From Schmidtea polychroa (Eukaryota), in contig CM097887.1 of the NCBI GenBank assembly GCA_044892525.1, positions 128,132,397 to 128,196,396 on the forward strand: 64,000 bases of DNA, in the 5' to 3' direction. Below are positions 24,434 through 39,400 of the stretch, piece by piece (within the stretch, counting starts at the first letter, position 1; each line of letters begins with the position of its first letter). A program made the translations under genes and the position numbers. The notes under the pieces are model-generated. The model worked only from the letters and a program-made list of their open reading frames with translations. It was not told where the DNA came from and did no database searches.

Positions 24434-27400
24434 CTATGAAATTCCTCCCCAATTGAAATAACTGTACCATCCATCAGAATTCTGTTTTTTGTCAAACTGT
24501 ATGATTTTTGAAAATATAATGAGTTTCTCTTTTTCATTCGAGTTCAAACTCAAAAGAGTAACTATAACCGGAACCAATTGTCCTCGCTCATCATTTTTGG
24601 TTTCATAATCAAGAAATTTCATTATCACATTTTTCAAATACTCGTGTGTTGGCTCGTCTTTTAATTTGGACTCACGATCTTTATTCTGCTCTAGTCTTCG
24701 TATTTCTTCTTTAAGGATCTAGAAGAAATTTAATTCAGAATTTAATAGAAATTCCAATTCAACTTTTGCTTGTTCTGTTAACCGAGAGGCAGTGGCTTCG
24801 CTGTCATGTAAAATTTCAGTTAGGTGTTCGACTTTTTTTTTGTAAGATAGTATTTGAGTATATAATGAATTCAATTGTTCTTCGGTTATTCTGTTTGTCG
24901 TTTCATCTGAATTAAGCAATTTATCCAGTGGTACTAATGCCTGAAATTATATTATATTATGGAAACCATTTATTAATATCCGAGACTCTGTCGGGTTCAT
25001 CAAATTTCTTACAGCATTCACACACTCATCAATACAAATATAATACACAAAAATAAATATAACACAAATATATTACATAATACCGCATCCTACTATAATA
25101 CATATCATCAAAAACCTCAATTAATTTTTTTATAAGATGATTCAATAAGAAAGCCGTTACACAGATATATAAACATACAAATATAAAAGTGTTTTTATTG
25201 CTTGTTATTGTTGCGCGTGGTATTTTCTTTGCTTATAAGAAGGCATTGTTTACGTTTACGACAGATTTATAGTAATTTGTGATTGGTCACTCATTGTGGG
25301 CAAGTATTTTTTGTCAGTGTTCCGCGCTTTTATATTAGCTGAAAACCACTGATGTATGGTGTAAGTAGCAAGAAGTCATTGTAACATCACATACACTTAT
25401 TTATGTCATCTTCGATTCTAAAGACTTTTGGTGGCTTCAGGAATGTAGTTATTTTCCAGGTGTTTTTTTTTATTTTTAAGAAATAATTAAATATGTATTT
25501 AAACGTTTGTTTTAATATTGAGTTTTAGTTTGTAATATTTTTTAAATATAACTTGCTTTCAAATTTTTTTATTTAAATTTTTAAGATTATTACATTTTAT
25601 TAACAACAATGATCTACCAGACATTTTATCTACTTCTATTAGGAATTGTTGGATTTTGCAATTATGTAACATTTACAAATAAGCAATGATAATATAATTC
25701 ATTTAATTATCGGCGTAAGCTTAATGATATTTGTTATTATCATATTGTTGGGTCTTTGGTTAATTTAAGTCGATTACCTCTGACTCCTCGTGTCCTTTAA
25801 ATCAAAACAATAACGACCCAACATATATTAAAATAACAAAATTCACAATCTTTTCTCACCACTTCACAATCAATAATCAAAGTTACGTTTGACCGATTCT
25901 CCACTCGCGTTGATGCTTTGTAATAGATAATATTCACCTTTTATTTCTTTAGATTCTCTTGACCCACGTTTTCCTCTTCTTCTGTTTGATTTGATTCTTT
26001 TTCACTTTTTCGTATTCTTATTCTATATCTTCTTTTCCCTAATCTCCTTAATCCGTTTCTTCTAACCCTAGCTGAGGCAAAATGCCGATTTGCTCTGATT
26101 TTCCCTTTCCTTATATACTCCTCGAAATCGGGATGACAAATGGTTATTGCCGGGCTTTCTACACGCTCTTTTCCAATTAATCATTGTTTCAAGCTAATGG
26201 GCCCAAATCTTCCTTCTGTTTACATATCTTCTTGTTTACCCAGCTCGGGTTTCCTTCATCTCTCTTCATAAAAATGAAATGAATAATGAACTAAATAATT
26301 TTTTGGACAATAATACTTCAATATTCATTCAATAAGATCCCATTAATAATTACCCAAATAATGTAAATATCACTCGTCTATCTCGAACTAATTTCCACGA
26401 ACATTTAATGTTGTCAGCTGCGACTGCAGTTATCTTTAGTTCTTCCAGTGACGATAATTTCTCATCAGTCAAGGAAGAACTAACTACAAGGAATATATTA
26501 AAAAAAGTATTCGTGGTTATTTACAAACTTCTATAATTTAAAAATTTAATCTATCTTGTGGATATTTAAACAACTTTTTTTTGAGAATTCTGCATTATTG
26601 ATTATATTATTTAAAATAAATAATTTATTAATTTAATCATTAACTTTAATATTTACCATTACAATTAGTTCATAATTATAATAAATAATTAACATTTACA
26701 ATTTCAATAATGATTTCTATGTTAGTGTCAACAATAAAATTACATTATTATAACTTCTCGTAACGATTCCTATCCCAGGAGAAAAGTTCTGAATATTAGA
26801 ACTGTCACTTTCTCCTAATTCACTTGTTGTTTCCATTCCCTCACCCTGTTGCCTTTCGTGTTCTAAAGAAATTTTTAGATTGTTAGGCCAAGATGGATAT
26901 TTCTGATAAATTAAAAATTTAATAATAAAATTTAATAAAAATAAATTGCAACCGTTGAAGGCAATTGATATTCTGAGGTGAAATTATTTTGAATATGTTT
27001 ATTTTCAGCATTTTTTAATTGCTCTCTATAATTCCAGATTTCTTCTTGATATCTATTTTTATCATTTTCCAATTCCTTAATTTGAAGTTCATGATGTGAT
27101 ATTTGATCTCTGAACAAAACTTAAAAGTGTAATATTCAAGGAAATAATTGATATAAATTATGAAAGATGAAGTTAAAAGTCTACGTGAACAAAATAAAAA
27201 TAATTATATAAATTAAGATTACCAGAAGTGATAAATCGCGTTTAAAATTTTATAACTCAAATTAAAAATCAATTTTACTCATGAAATTAGTTTTTATATA
27301 AATTTGAAAAATATAACTAGAATAACCCAGACTTTCGATATCACACTTTTGTATTGAATAAAAATTAACTTACATACTTAAAATGAACAGATGTCCAACG

Positions 27401-30400
27401 TTGTTATATAATTAATTTCCTTCATATTCAAGAATGCCTTATTTGAATGTTTAAGTTTTCACCATGAAAATTTCTGATGAATCGATTTATTATGATTTTT
27501 TTATACAAAATATTTCTTTAACGTACTTTATTCTCAATGCCATTTTTCTTGATGGGATGTGTGAATGTTTATCAGTTTATATAGCCTCTGCCGTGGTAAT
27601 GATTATTGTTTTTTTAGCGAGAATCGGATTTTGTATATAAAATCCCAGGACCAAGGAGACCTACTTTAATTATCATTAATTTACTATGCTTTTTATTGAG
27701 GACACCCCCTTTTGTATTGAAAATCCCAGGATCAATCGAGAACCCTTCAATATAGTCAGAAAAAACATGGCTTTTTTGTATAGGACCTTTTTTGTATTGA
27801 AAATCCCAGAAAAAATAAATGTAGCACACTGGAACAATTACGTAACCATTGAGCAAAAAAAATAACTGGAACAAAATTTTTTTCTAGGGGGTGATACAGG
27901 GAGCTACTAACTACCTACTTATGTGTTATAATTTTTGTAGCTTCTATTGTCAGTCATTTTTTTCAGCCCTTTTATTCCAAACTACTTTTTAATTACAAAT
28001 ACTAGTACACAGATTATTTTAGAGTTTACGTAATCGTATCTAAAATAGATTCGGCTATTCACACATTAGGGTGGTAACTTTTTTAAAATTTATATGCCAA
28101 TGGTACTACAATATGAAGAATGGTCTAAAAAAATTATTTATATTGTTTTTATTTATTGTTTGATCAAAAACCTCACCCGCCAAATAAAACATACTTTTAA
28201 TAATATACTAATTGTTTACCAAATAAGGAAAGTGTGTTTATTTAATGTGCATTTATAATTTATATATACAAATAATGATTTCAAATTTCAGACAAATTGA
28301 ATAACATTTAGCGGTTGCACAGTTTTATCACTCTTATACATAGAAACCAACATCATATTTGTAATCAGCATAGTCAGCATGGAAAATTGCTTTCATTTGT
28401 TTGTGACCACTAGTATTTTCTAGTGTTAAGTCATTGTTTAGTGAAAGTAAAATATGATTACATGTTTAAGCGAGCTAATACAATTTTGTAATTGCAGAAT
28501 TTTAATGGATTTCAAGAGATCAAGTACCGATATTAATAAAAATTCTTGTTTGTGGACTGATAATCTGGTAATATTTGAAAAAGCCATTCACTACGGAAAT
28601 TCATTTCATATATAGAAGCATCGTTGGAGAATTATAGCAAAATACCTCTGAAAAGTGCTATCATTGACAGATATCATTATCTTGCAAAAATCGAGAAGTG
28701 TCGCAAAAGCAGATTTAAAATGATCGTGGAAGAATCAGCATTTGTGGATCAGAAAATTAAATTTCCTTTAATAAAATTGAAGTCTATAACGAGAAGAGTG
28801 AAAAATTTATTATCTGAATACGACACCTTTATAAAGCGCCCTGGTCAGAAAGATGAAAAAGTAACCTTTCCTGGTATATTTGACATCACATGTACAAATG
28901 AAGTGGCTTAGCGGGGAAGATAAGCAGCTGTATGAAAAGCAAGTCTTAAGTGACAGAAAGGTGTGATACACCACGGGGAATGCGTACCAGTGCATCCCTG
29001 TAAAACAATGAAGGAGTCCTATGTCAATCTATGAATCCTTGGCAAAACCTCTCTCCTCTAGCAACTCAGAAACTAACGATGTCGAATCCTACAATCTCTA
29101 AATTTTAATTTTTAAAAATTTGTAGAATAAAAATGGAAAAGTATCTAACAAATTCAAAAGCACCAGCAAAATCAAACTCGTTTCGTAACACTCAAAACAA
29201 AGCGAAAATACGATGCAGAATACATAAAATATGGCTTTATTTCATCTGATAATGATAGTTCTTTGCCGTTTTGCATGATATGCTTAAGATCATTATCAAA
29301 CGAGTCGATGGTTCCTAGTAAACTCCAGCGTCACTTACTTACTAACCATCAGCAATACAGAGACAAACCAAAGGAATATTTTAAGAAAATGAGATTGCAA
29401 CAACAAAATATATTAAAAAATGGAGAAAATTGCTACTATTCCCGAACAGTCACAAATAACAAGCTATAAAATTGCACAGTTATTATCTCAAAAGAAAAAA
29501 AACCGCATTCTGATGCTGAAGGAATCATAATGCCTGTTATGATAATTGCTATGGAAAATATGAATATTTGTCGTGAAGCAATTGAGAAAATCAAAAATAT
29601 TTCACTTTCAAGTAATACAATTCAACGAAAAATTGAAGACATGTCTAAGGACATTGAATTTCAAGTTAAAACCCAGTTCACAAATACAGCTGATGAATTA
29701 GAGAAAACTTGGGCATGCAAGTTGATGAAAACACTGATATAAGTAACAAAGCTCAGGTGATATTGTTTTAACGTATTGTTAGAGGTGGCAAGATAATCAC
29801 GTATTTTTTTTCTGTTGTGAATTAAAAGAGAACTACCGGTAGAAATATTTTTATTTTGATCAATGCAAAAGTAGATTCAAATGGAATGTTGTGGAATAAT
29901 TGTGTCAGTGTATGCACAGATGGTGCTCCATCAAAGCAAGCCGAAATAAAGGATTTATCGCTCATGTTTTAATGAATGGGTAATCAGTCCTTTCACCGAT
30001 TTCAATGGATATACCTTAGCTTGCTCTCAGAAAGATCAATTGATTTGAAAACGATAGTTTGGAGAGCTGGAATTGTCTGCATTTTGGATTTCGCTTTATC
30101 ATCAGTATCCAACAATGCTATAAAAATTTGCTTCTATTTGGTTCATCATATCAATGTGAATTAGGCTTTTCTGTTCTAACAGAAATAAAATCAAAAAAGC
30201 GTTACGAGAACTTGATTAAGAAACGCGAATTTGCCTCACAAATATTCAGCCTCGTATAGAAACAATTTGTGTTGAAAAACAGACCCACACTTCTCATTTA
30301 TATTTATATTTATATTTTTTTTAAATAAATTTATGTGATATCTATGTGATAAGCTATAAATATTATTAAAATTATTAATTAAACCGTTTAAATCAAGAGA

Positions 30401-33400
30401 TTTTTGAGGTTTGACTTTTTAGTGTAAAAATCTAAAAAAAATTGATTTTTTATTATACTGTGCCGCGTGAAGAAAAGGTTTGACAGGCACTGCTCTAAAT
30501 AATTAATTGTCTAAGCGAAAATTTTGTTTTTCTAAAAATTTTGTGCTAAAATAATAAATGGATAATCAATTTAGCCAAATATTTTAATAAGGTAAACTGA
30601 AAAATGTGTTATATTCTTAAATTTTGGCAATGTAGAGTTTCCTGTTGATTAGAAATAAAAGTAATTTATTTAACTGTTTAATTAAATAACAAGATGGAGC
30701 TTTGAAAATAATTTAACAGTGGGTTTTCTCGTACTCTTCTGAGTTGCTTATTGTACACTACCGCAAAAACAAAATCGGAACTGCAAAGCCTGAAACTTTC
30801 TTTAAATGCATTGTTTGCAGGAAATGAGTAAAAATGTGTTTTGGATACTATCACTTGTACCATGTAGATATGTGTCAAAATTCACAAGGTTTTTAGGTAT
30901 AAATTGGTGGAAAATGTCCGCAACAAATGTGTTAATAGATATGTCATAATATATTGTTTACATTTTATAGATTACTTATTTTTACTAGTATTTTAACAAT
31001 AAACTAGAAAATTTCCAAAAAATTATTAGAGAACTGACGCGAGTCCATATGGAGCTTCAAACAGCACCATACATGTTGTAAATAAAGTTTTTTATAAAAA
31101 TCTTCATTAGTGCAATATTTGTAGTTAATACTGTGAATAATGAAAACGTGACACTTAAAAAGGCAGAGCCGAAAATTTGTGTTAAATTGAAAATAACCTT
31201 GATCTAAATTCTAAATCTAAATAAGAATAAATGAAATTCTAAGGCGAAGACATTTTTAATTTGGCACAAATTTCAGTTACACAAAAAAATAGTTTTCAAG
31301 ATATTTCAATATTTAATAGGCCTAATAATACACATACCTAAAGTGTTATAGTAATCAATTATTGAAAGAAATTGAAAGCAAAACAAACAAATCAGACAAA
31401 TGAAAAAAATTATTCAGCTAAAACAAAATCTGATTTAAATGTGTGTTATACAAGAATAGATTTTAAATAAAGTTTTGTAGAAAGAGAAATGTTTCTATAA
31501 ATATTCTTTTTGCTCAATCAGAAAAAAACATTGAGATGGCAATAATAATAACAATAATAATAAGTATAAAGTGATGATTTCTTGGTATCAGCATTTATTA
31601 TTTAAAACAATAAAGTGATAATTTAAGCCTTTTGCTGCGAACAATGTATTTAATGAAAGAATTTTCGACTATAAGATAGTTATTGGAAAAAGTTTAGGAT
31701 TGACAAGGACTATATTTTAGTCGAAAATTCTTTCATTAAATACATTATTCGCAGCAAAAGGCTTAAATTATAACAATAATTAAATAATGAAAATTAATAA
31801 ATAATATTAATAATAAATAAGAATAATAAGATAAAAATAATAATTTACTCGAAAGTTAATTTAATCGTTTCTATTTGATTAAGGTATGATTTAACTAAAT
31901 TATCCTTTTCTGTTTCATATCTTTCAATTAAATTCGAATAAGAATTCTTCTGAATTTTATCAATTTCTTGAATTTCTTGAACAGATTGTTGATATTTTTG
32001 AAGTAATTCATTATTTTCTTTAGCTAACAATTTGTATCTAGAAATTTCAAATTATTTTGAAAACTATAATATATTAGTTTTTAGTTGTTAATGGAATTTT
32101 TAAATATTCTTTCTGATTGACAATATTTTCGTGGTTTAAACTTGATATACATAATTATCATAGAAAAAACTAAAAGTGAAATATTTAATAAAGCTATTGA
32201 AGAAAGTATATTTATATCATAATCAAAATCAAATAAAATTAGGTCCTAAATGAACATATTACGTAAGTAGTTAGTACAATAGCATTCCTAATAACTTTGA
32301 GTTTAGCATGATAAATTTTGAAATGAATATTACAAAAATGCAAATAAAACAATTAATGATTTTTTTTAAAAAATAGAGAAGCTAGCAAAGAATGTAGAAA
32401 ATATTTTTAATCCAGAATGCTCTCGACGATAAAGAAATCAAGAAGGATTTAAAATTATAAGGACTAAAAACATTCGAAAAAATAAAAAAATCGATTGGTC
32501 CAATATGATGATATTAAAAAAGAAATTGAAAACATTGGTTCGATACAGCATGTAAAGAAAAATTATGCTAAGGTAGCGATGTTGAATGAAGGACAAACAT
32601 GGAACCAAAAAAACCATATCATCGTCAAAGGAATGAAAGACTCGAACAAAGTCGGACTATGGGACGACCGGGAACAAATGTTCAAAGATCAGGAAATCGA
32701 AATGAGTGGGAAAAGAACAGAAATCAAGGACAATTTTGAGAAGAACAACAGTGGTCAACGGGACAATTTAACGGATCGATTAAGAGAAATGTCTATCCAA
32801 ACCAAGATAATCGCATGCGAAGATGTTGGGCTTGTAGAGAAGAAGGTAATTTAAGATCAGTATGCCCAAATGTCAAATGCAACCATTGTCACAAGAATGG
32901 ACACTTCAAACACCAGTGTTATGAAGTTAGTCCACAAAGGAAGTTCCAGAGTTCTCGATACATGACTGCCTACGGAGACGAGTGCGAACAATCGGTGGAA
33001 GGAGATGACCTAAAACTTTGCTCCAACATCTGGGGAAGTGATCGGAGCCATAAATTGAATGTAAGTGATATTTCGAACGATGTTTACATGGATTGTGAAT
33101 GTATGTATGACCTGAATGAGAATGAATGTTGATGTTTTTTGATAATAGTTTGAATGAACTTAATAATTATCATATTTATGATTTAAATAGTCTAAATGAA
33201 AATAAATTAATTTTTAAACAATATCGCTCTAGTAATGTTAAAAGTCGGAATACTTCCAATATAAAAGTGGAAAATCCTAAAGAATTTATAATTTATAAAT
33301 TAATTATAGGGAAAATTGAAAAAATAACACCCAATTTTTCAAAAATGCAAAAAATGACATCCATTTTTCAAATAATGGAAAAAAAACATCGAAAATTTTT

Positions 33401-36400
33401 CTTGTTAAAACAGCACCATTTGTTCAATAACATGAAAAATAACAATGAAGTTTATTTTTTAATAATTAAGAATATGTTAAATTAAAAATATTTGGAGTTT
33501 TGTTTAAAAAAATTGACACTATTTTTTCCGTTAAATGCTACAAAACGAATTGCAAATTCAAGCGATAAGGAATTCAGTATAGATAGTGAATTTAAATCAA
33601 TACAGGAATTTATTGAATCATTCTCAAAGTCAGCTGCTACGAAGCAAGTTTCATTCAAAATTAAAAATAGAAACACTAAAGGTATTAGGCTTAGTTGTAA
33701 AGATATTGCTTGTACGTTTACAGTCAATGCCTACTTCAGCATGAAAAGAAATGTATGTATTGTGTCTAAAGCTGAGCCATATCATACTTGCACATCTAAT
33801 CCAACCAAACTACATTCTAATACTCTTATTAAAGAAGCAATAAGGGAGAGTGAAGTTCTCGGAGTAAAGCCAAAAGATGTAATCAGAGCAGTGAGACAGA
33901 AATGCTCTTTAGAAATAAACTACAGTACGGCCTATAAGGCCTCAAAGAGTTTCAAATCAAAAGAAAAAATAATTCTTAAAGAATCATATGAATATTTGAT
34001 ATCAACCATGAATCCCCTACACTCAGTAACTAATTTAGAAACACAAGACAATAAATTTAAGAGATTTTTTATGGTCTGGGAGGCCACCAAAGTTTTTTGG
34101 AGTCATTGTCGAAAAATCATTACAGTTGCTAAAGATGGAAAAGAACAGTTAATACTATTGGCCTATGCAATTGTTGAGTCGGAAAATTTAGATAGCTGGA
34201 GATACTATTTAGAACAGCTAAACAGCCATGTTCAAATCAATAACAGCTCGACAATATTGATGTCTGATAGAGACAGTGGTTTGCTTTCCACAGTGAATAT
34301 AGTTCTTCCAAATAAAATAACGTGCTGCTGTGTGCGACATCTCGCTAAAAACATTAGAAATGGATTTAGAAACCGTGCTCTCATTGATAAATTTTGGACT
34401 ATGGCCTATACCTATGATGAATCTCAATTTGAAATTGTTTTGGAAGAGGCCAGACTGATTAATCAGAATTTTTACGAGGCAATTGTATCATCAAATGTTT
34501 CTAGCTGAGATAACTCGAAATGCTTAATTGAACGATATGTTAAAAATACATCCAACTCGACAGAATCAATGAATGCTACTCTGTAAAAATTCGTCACAAA
34601 AGATATATGCAATTTGATAGTGAGCATTAATAATTACATGATGGAGATATTTAATAAAAGAAGGAATATTACGTTTTCAACTCCTGTTTTTCCTGAGAAG
34701 CTTCTTGAATTGGAGACTAATATTCTTTTAAGCAGATCCTTAACAGTTAGCTTATCGAACAATTCTATTTATTTGGTTGCAAATGAATATACAGTAAACT
34801 ATAGTGAAAAAAATGTAGTTGAAAGAAATCCTTTATTGCGGGAATACCATGCAAGCATTTATGCTCAGTTATGCTCTTCCTAAGACAAGATCCTGTGCTA
34901 TTTATTGAAGCGTATTTTACATCTTATAATTATTTCGGATTGTATTCTGAAAGTATAATTCCGTTATCAACAAAATCTTTACAAACTGATAATTTACAAG
35001 CTCCATTTTTAAGAAGGGGATAAGGAAGACCCCGGGTTGCAAGGATCAAATTTTCATCTTAATGTTTTCTTTACATTTATAATTAAAAATTGCTATTTTT
35101 CATGTTATTGAAAAAATTTTCGATGTTATTTTTTCCATTTCTGAAAAATTGGATGTTATTTTTTCCATTTCTGAAAAATTGGATGTTATTTTTTCCATTA
35201 TCGCTTAATTATAACCAATCAATAACCAATTGTAATCTCTCGAATCGAAAAAAATCATTGAACATCTTGAACATCTGAGATTTAGTAACATTTTGGTATG
35301 GAGAGCAATGAAATTAGTTACTAAAGGATATATTACTAATGGCGCTCTCGAAATATCCCAAGATCATAATATTCAATTAAAGGCTAATGGGTTTTTTCAT
35401 ATTTTTATAAGTTTATCAGATTAATAGCTGGATTAATAATTAATTCTATTATTTGACAAGTAGCTATATTAAATATTTATAAACCGATTATTATATTTAA
35501 TTTATAAAAATTTTATCTTTTGGAAATTTTTAAATGTCATTAGTAGAAAAATTATATCTTTGAAGTATTTGTTTTAAAAATACTAAGATTAATAAATTTG
35601 TTTTATTATAGAAATAAAACTTTGTAAAACCTTCTTCATAGTGTATGCAGTATTTTACAAAGCTTTGTACACTGTTATTATTTCATCTTCAATATTTATA
35701 CTTTCTTTTTATTTACTTGAAATCATATATATTAATAATTCAATGAAAACAAATTTTCCACATATGTTTTAATACTTGAATTAATTCAATAAATAAGTTC
35801 GGAAATTAAAATAATTTACTAAGTAATTCATTTTCCTAATTAAATAAACATGTGAATGTGAACTAATGATTGTAATTGATAAAATTGTAGTGTTATTAGC
35901 AAATCACCTTAAAAATATAAACAATAATTCCACATACTTTTCATTCCATCTTTCATTTTCCCAACTTAAGCCATCCGTCTCATTCTTCAAAGAAAAATTT
36001 TTATCATCTATTTCTTGTAGTTCAAGTTTCAGATCTTTAACAACTGATTCAAGATCGGTAATTATTTTTTTAAGGTCTTTTTTATCACTTTCTTCAAGAT
36101 TTCTGTTATCAAGAGATTCTGAGGACATAAAATTACTGAAACTAGGTTTAGGTCGATTTTGGGTGGACAAAGCTGTTTGAGCCTAATGAAATTTTATTAA
36201 ACTTTATTAATTTATTTAATTTATTTAATTAAACTTTATTTGCCAGCAAAATTTAAAAAAACAAATAAGAATATTAGTAAAAACAGTATTTTCGATTTCA
36301 CTTACACAAAATAGGCCTCGAGTAAATAAAATGAAAATATATGATTTTAAAAAATAAAGAAGTACAAACTAAATAAATAAGAAGAATTTTAATATTACAA

Positions 36401-39400
36401 GAAAACCATTCTATCTTAAAAATAGACTAAAAACAAAATTATGCGACTTTTTTCTTAGGTTTAATTCATAATTCGAATTTAAATATAACTTTGTATATAA
36501 AAAACTGCTGTCCACACCCAAAAATAAATAATCGAAAAACCGAAACCATATTCTAAACATTGACAAGCGAGTAAGTAAGATTTTAAAAATTAAGTGATGA
36601 TTATGTATAAAGTTCTCATTAAAAATTAAAAAAAATTGCATTTATTTCAGACTTCCATTTTCTATGAAGTTTAAATTAATTTTTTAATGTATCGCGTATT
36701 TTTAAATTCTTTTTAGTGGTTCGTGAATACAAAATGACCGAGAATCTCTATATTAGAGGATTGATTATATCTATAAAAACTACAAATCAATTATAAATTC
36801 TTCTTGATAACATTAATCAAATTTACCGAAGTTGAAAAATATCACTAATAAAAATTTTGAAATAAAAAATAAATGTAAACTTAGAAAATTTAGAATATTT
36901 AATCCTTCACTAATGATTGATTACTTTCAATTTACTTTCTTTTTAATAATATTTAATTAAATACTTCTACGGAAATTTGTGTGTTGTTTGAATTTATTGA
37001 TCTAGAATTATGAAAATTATGAGAAAAATTAAACTAAATCAACATTTTTGATAGTTTCCAAGTTTCATTTATTTAAAAATATTGATAGTTTGTATTACAA
37101 ATATGGATGATCAATTACTAAATTGTTGAAATAGTCAATTAATCCAATTGTTGAACTATTCTTACATTTACTAAAATCAATGAACTTTTATGTTGCACAA
37201 ATATTGAGAAATAAAATTGGAATGTGCAACGCATTTAAAATCTAAATTTATATTAAAAGTATTGGGGATACATAAAATGTATGAAATAAAAATGAGAATT
37301 ACAAATTATCAAAATCAATTAATAATTAATTAAAAATTCGAAAAAAGTAAAAATCAATATTTTTCGGGTGGAAAGGGGATAACTGGTGGCAAATAAAATT
37401 TTGAAGACGAATAAAATAATTTCAAATCGATGAAAAGATTCCTAGAACGGTCAGGAACCATAAAAAAATTAATTCATTAATGGATTTTTAAGAAAATCGA
37501 TAAATGGCGGAGTATCTAGTCGAATGTCAGCTTAATGGATCAATAAATTAAATTGGAAAAACAAAAAAAAACATCTCACCAAGCCCATTGTCAGTTTTTT
37601 CGGCGATAAATAATTGAATGAAGAGAAATTCAGTATTGTTTGGGCTGTAATTTAGGCAGCCCCAACTGAACTAGATAATGATTGGGGTGAAACTCGTATA
37701 TATAGGAAGACGAGTAAAGTTAAAATGCCATTTAGTCAACTCAAGAAAATTGAATTAAAAGAGAAACTAAAGACGTAGTGAAACCAAGTTGTTATTCAAA
37801 CCAGGATTTTGTGGAAATAGTAAAAGGGTGTCTACGCATCCAAACCACTTGCAAATTGTCAAATGTATTCGGTTTTGTTTGAAATAAAGTTATTTTGTTG
37901 GGATTCAAGTTTTATTTGCTTAATTATTGAACACAAAAAGCCAGATCAAGAACTAACAAATTATTGAAATCCCAACAAAACAAAAACTAATAAAAAAATT
38001 AATTAAAATTAAAAATCAATATTTTCCGGGTGGAAAAGTTAGAGTAACATTTGATGATCGAGAAACAAATAAATTGTTGAAGTATTAAAAACCGAATACT
38101 AGGTAATTAGCACACGTGTATTAATCCTGTACCCCAAGATTAATATGCTAGTCTTATCGGAATTAATCAGATAAACAGTACTTAAATCACTGATAAAGGA
38201 AACTTACCTTGACAGCATTATTTGCAATAAATTTCGGTTACAACAACGAACAAATTCTTGATAAAAAAATGTGCAAAATTATGAATAGCAAAAAATGCAC
38301 AAGCAATGTCTTTATCCCCAGTGCGTAGATTTACCTACACTTTGAATAAAAATAAAATATTTCAACGACAAGTAAATTAGTTCCTGGGATATTGCAATTT
38401 GCAAGTTTACATGTCGCTGTAAAAATGAAATTAAACTGTCTAAGTATCAGACTATCAAATTGACTCTCAATTGGCATTTAAAGCAGCCCTAGTTTAGAGA
38501 ATCCTGCCAATTTTAGGCAATAATTGATAACGATATCAAATGGTATAAAATCAGCAACAACAGTTATACTACGGACGAGGAAACGATAGAGAAATCAGAA
38601 ATCAGAGACGAGAAAAAACATAGAGAAGCCATACGTTATCATCGAAATAATCGAGCGAAAACTGAAAATTGTGTGGTAAAGAAATATAGTAGTTTCAATC
38701 CAAAGCATCAACTGTTTCAAGTGTCACTTGAGTAAACTTATTCAATTTTTGGAAGTGTTGATATTGATTGATTGTTTACATTTGTTATATTTGTATGATT
38801 TTGATAAGAGTGACACGTGGATTCAGTGCAAATCCAATCCTACCAAAAATAAATATAAAACCCAACAATATTAACATTTTGTTAGTAAATTCATAGTTTA
38901 GAATTCACAATACACCGCGTTGCATTTGATAAAAACAGTCTCTAATATAAAATAATAATCAATAAATTATATTATAAGATACATACAAACTCATATGTGT
39001 GCTAACAAATTCATTAGCAGTCACACCTGTCAATTTATTATAGAATTCCAGAAAGGGTAGAAAAATTAATCAAACATACAAACAAGCAATAAAATACACT
39101 ACCTGAAAAAGTTACACATATTTTTGAGAAAATGTTTAGTAAAATTATTGTTAAAAATCATTTACACAATATTAAGAAATATTTTACAAAATCTTTGATA
39201 AAACAGTAAATTGTGGGCGATTTGGTTTATAGAAATAACTTACATTTTATTGAAATAATTTTCCCATTAAAATTCACATAATTAATTTAAAATGTGAAAT
39301 TTCCATAATTTGTTATAAAATCTCTTTGTATGCATATTCTGTCAACAAATGCAAAGGGGTGTATTTATTTTTCTCAAAGTCCGCACGTGTGTGTTCTCCT

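Noticed and set aside
26340-26490. Open minus-strand stretch with splice-like boundaries (possible extra GCC2 exon)
   Set aside because: Its phase does not fit the otherwise complete phase-0 junction, and it does not resemble GCC185.
27600-27900. Short repeats TTTTGTATTGAAAATCCCAG and ORF 27614-27874
   Set aside because: Probably subterminal repeats of a decayed DNA transposon. No ends or TSD could be defined, and the ORF reflects the repeats.
37350-38045. Repeated AAAATCAATATTTT(T/C)CGGGTGGAAA motif about 670 bp apart (possible LTR pair)
   Set aside because: Similarity is limited to about 25-30 bp, with no TG..CA ends, TSD or internal coding domains.
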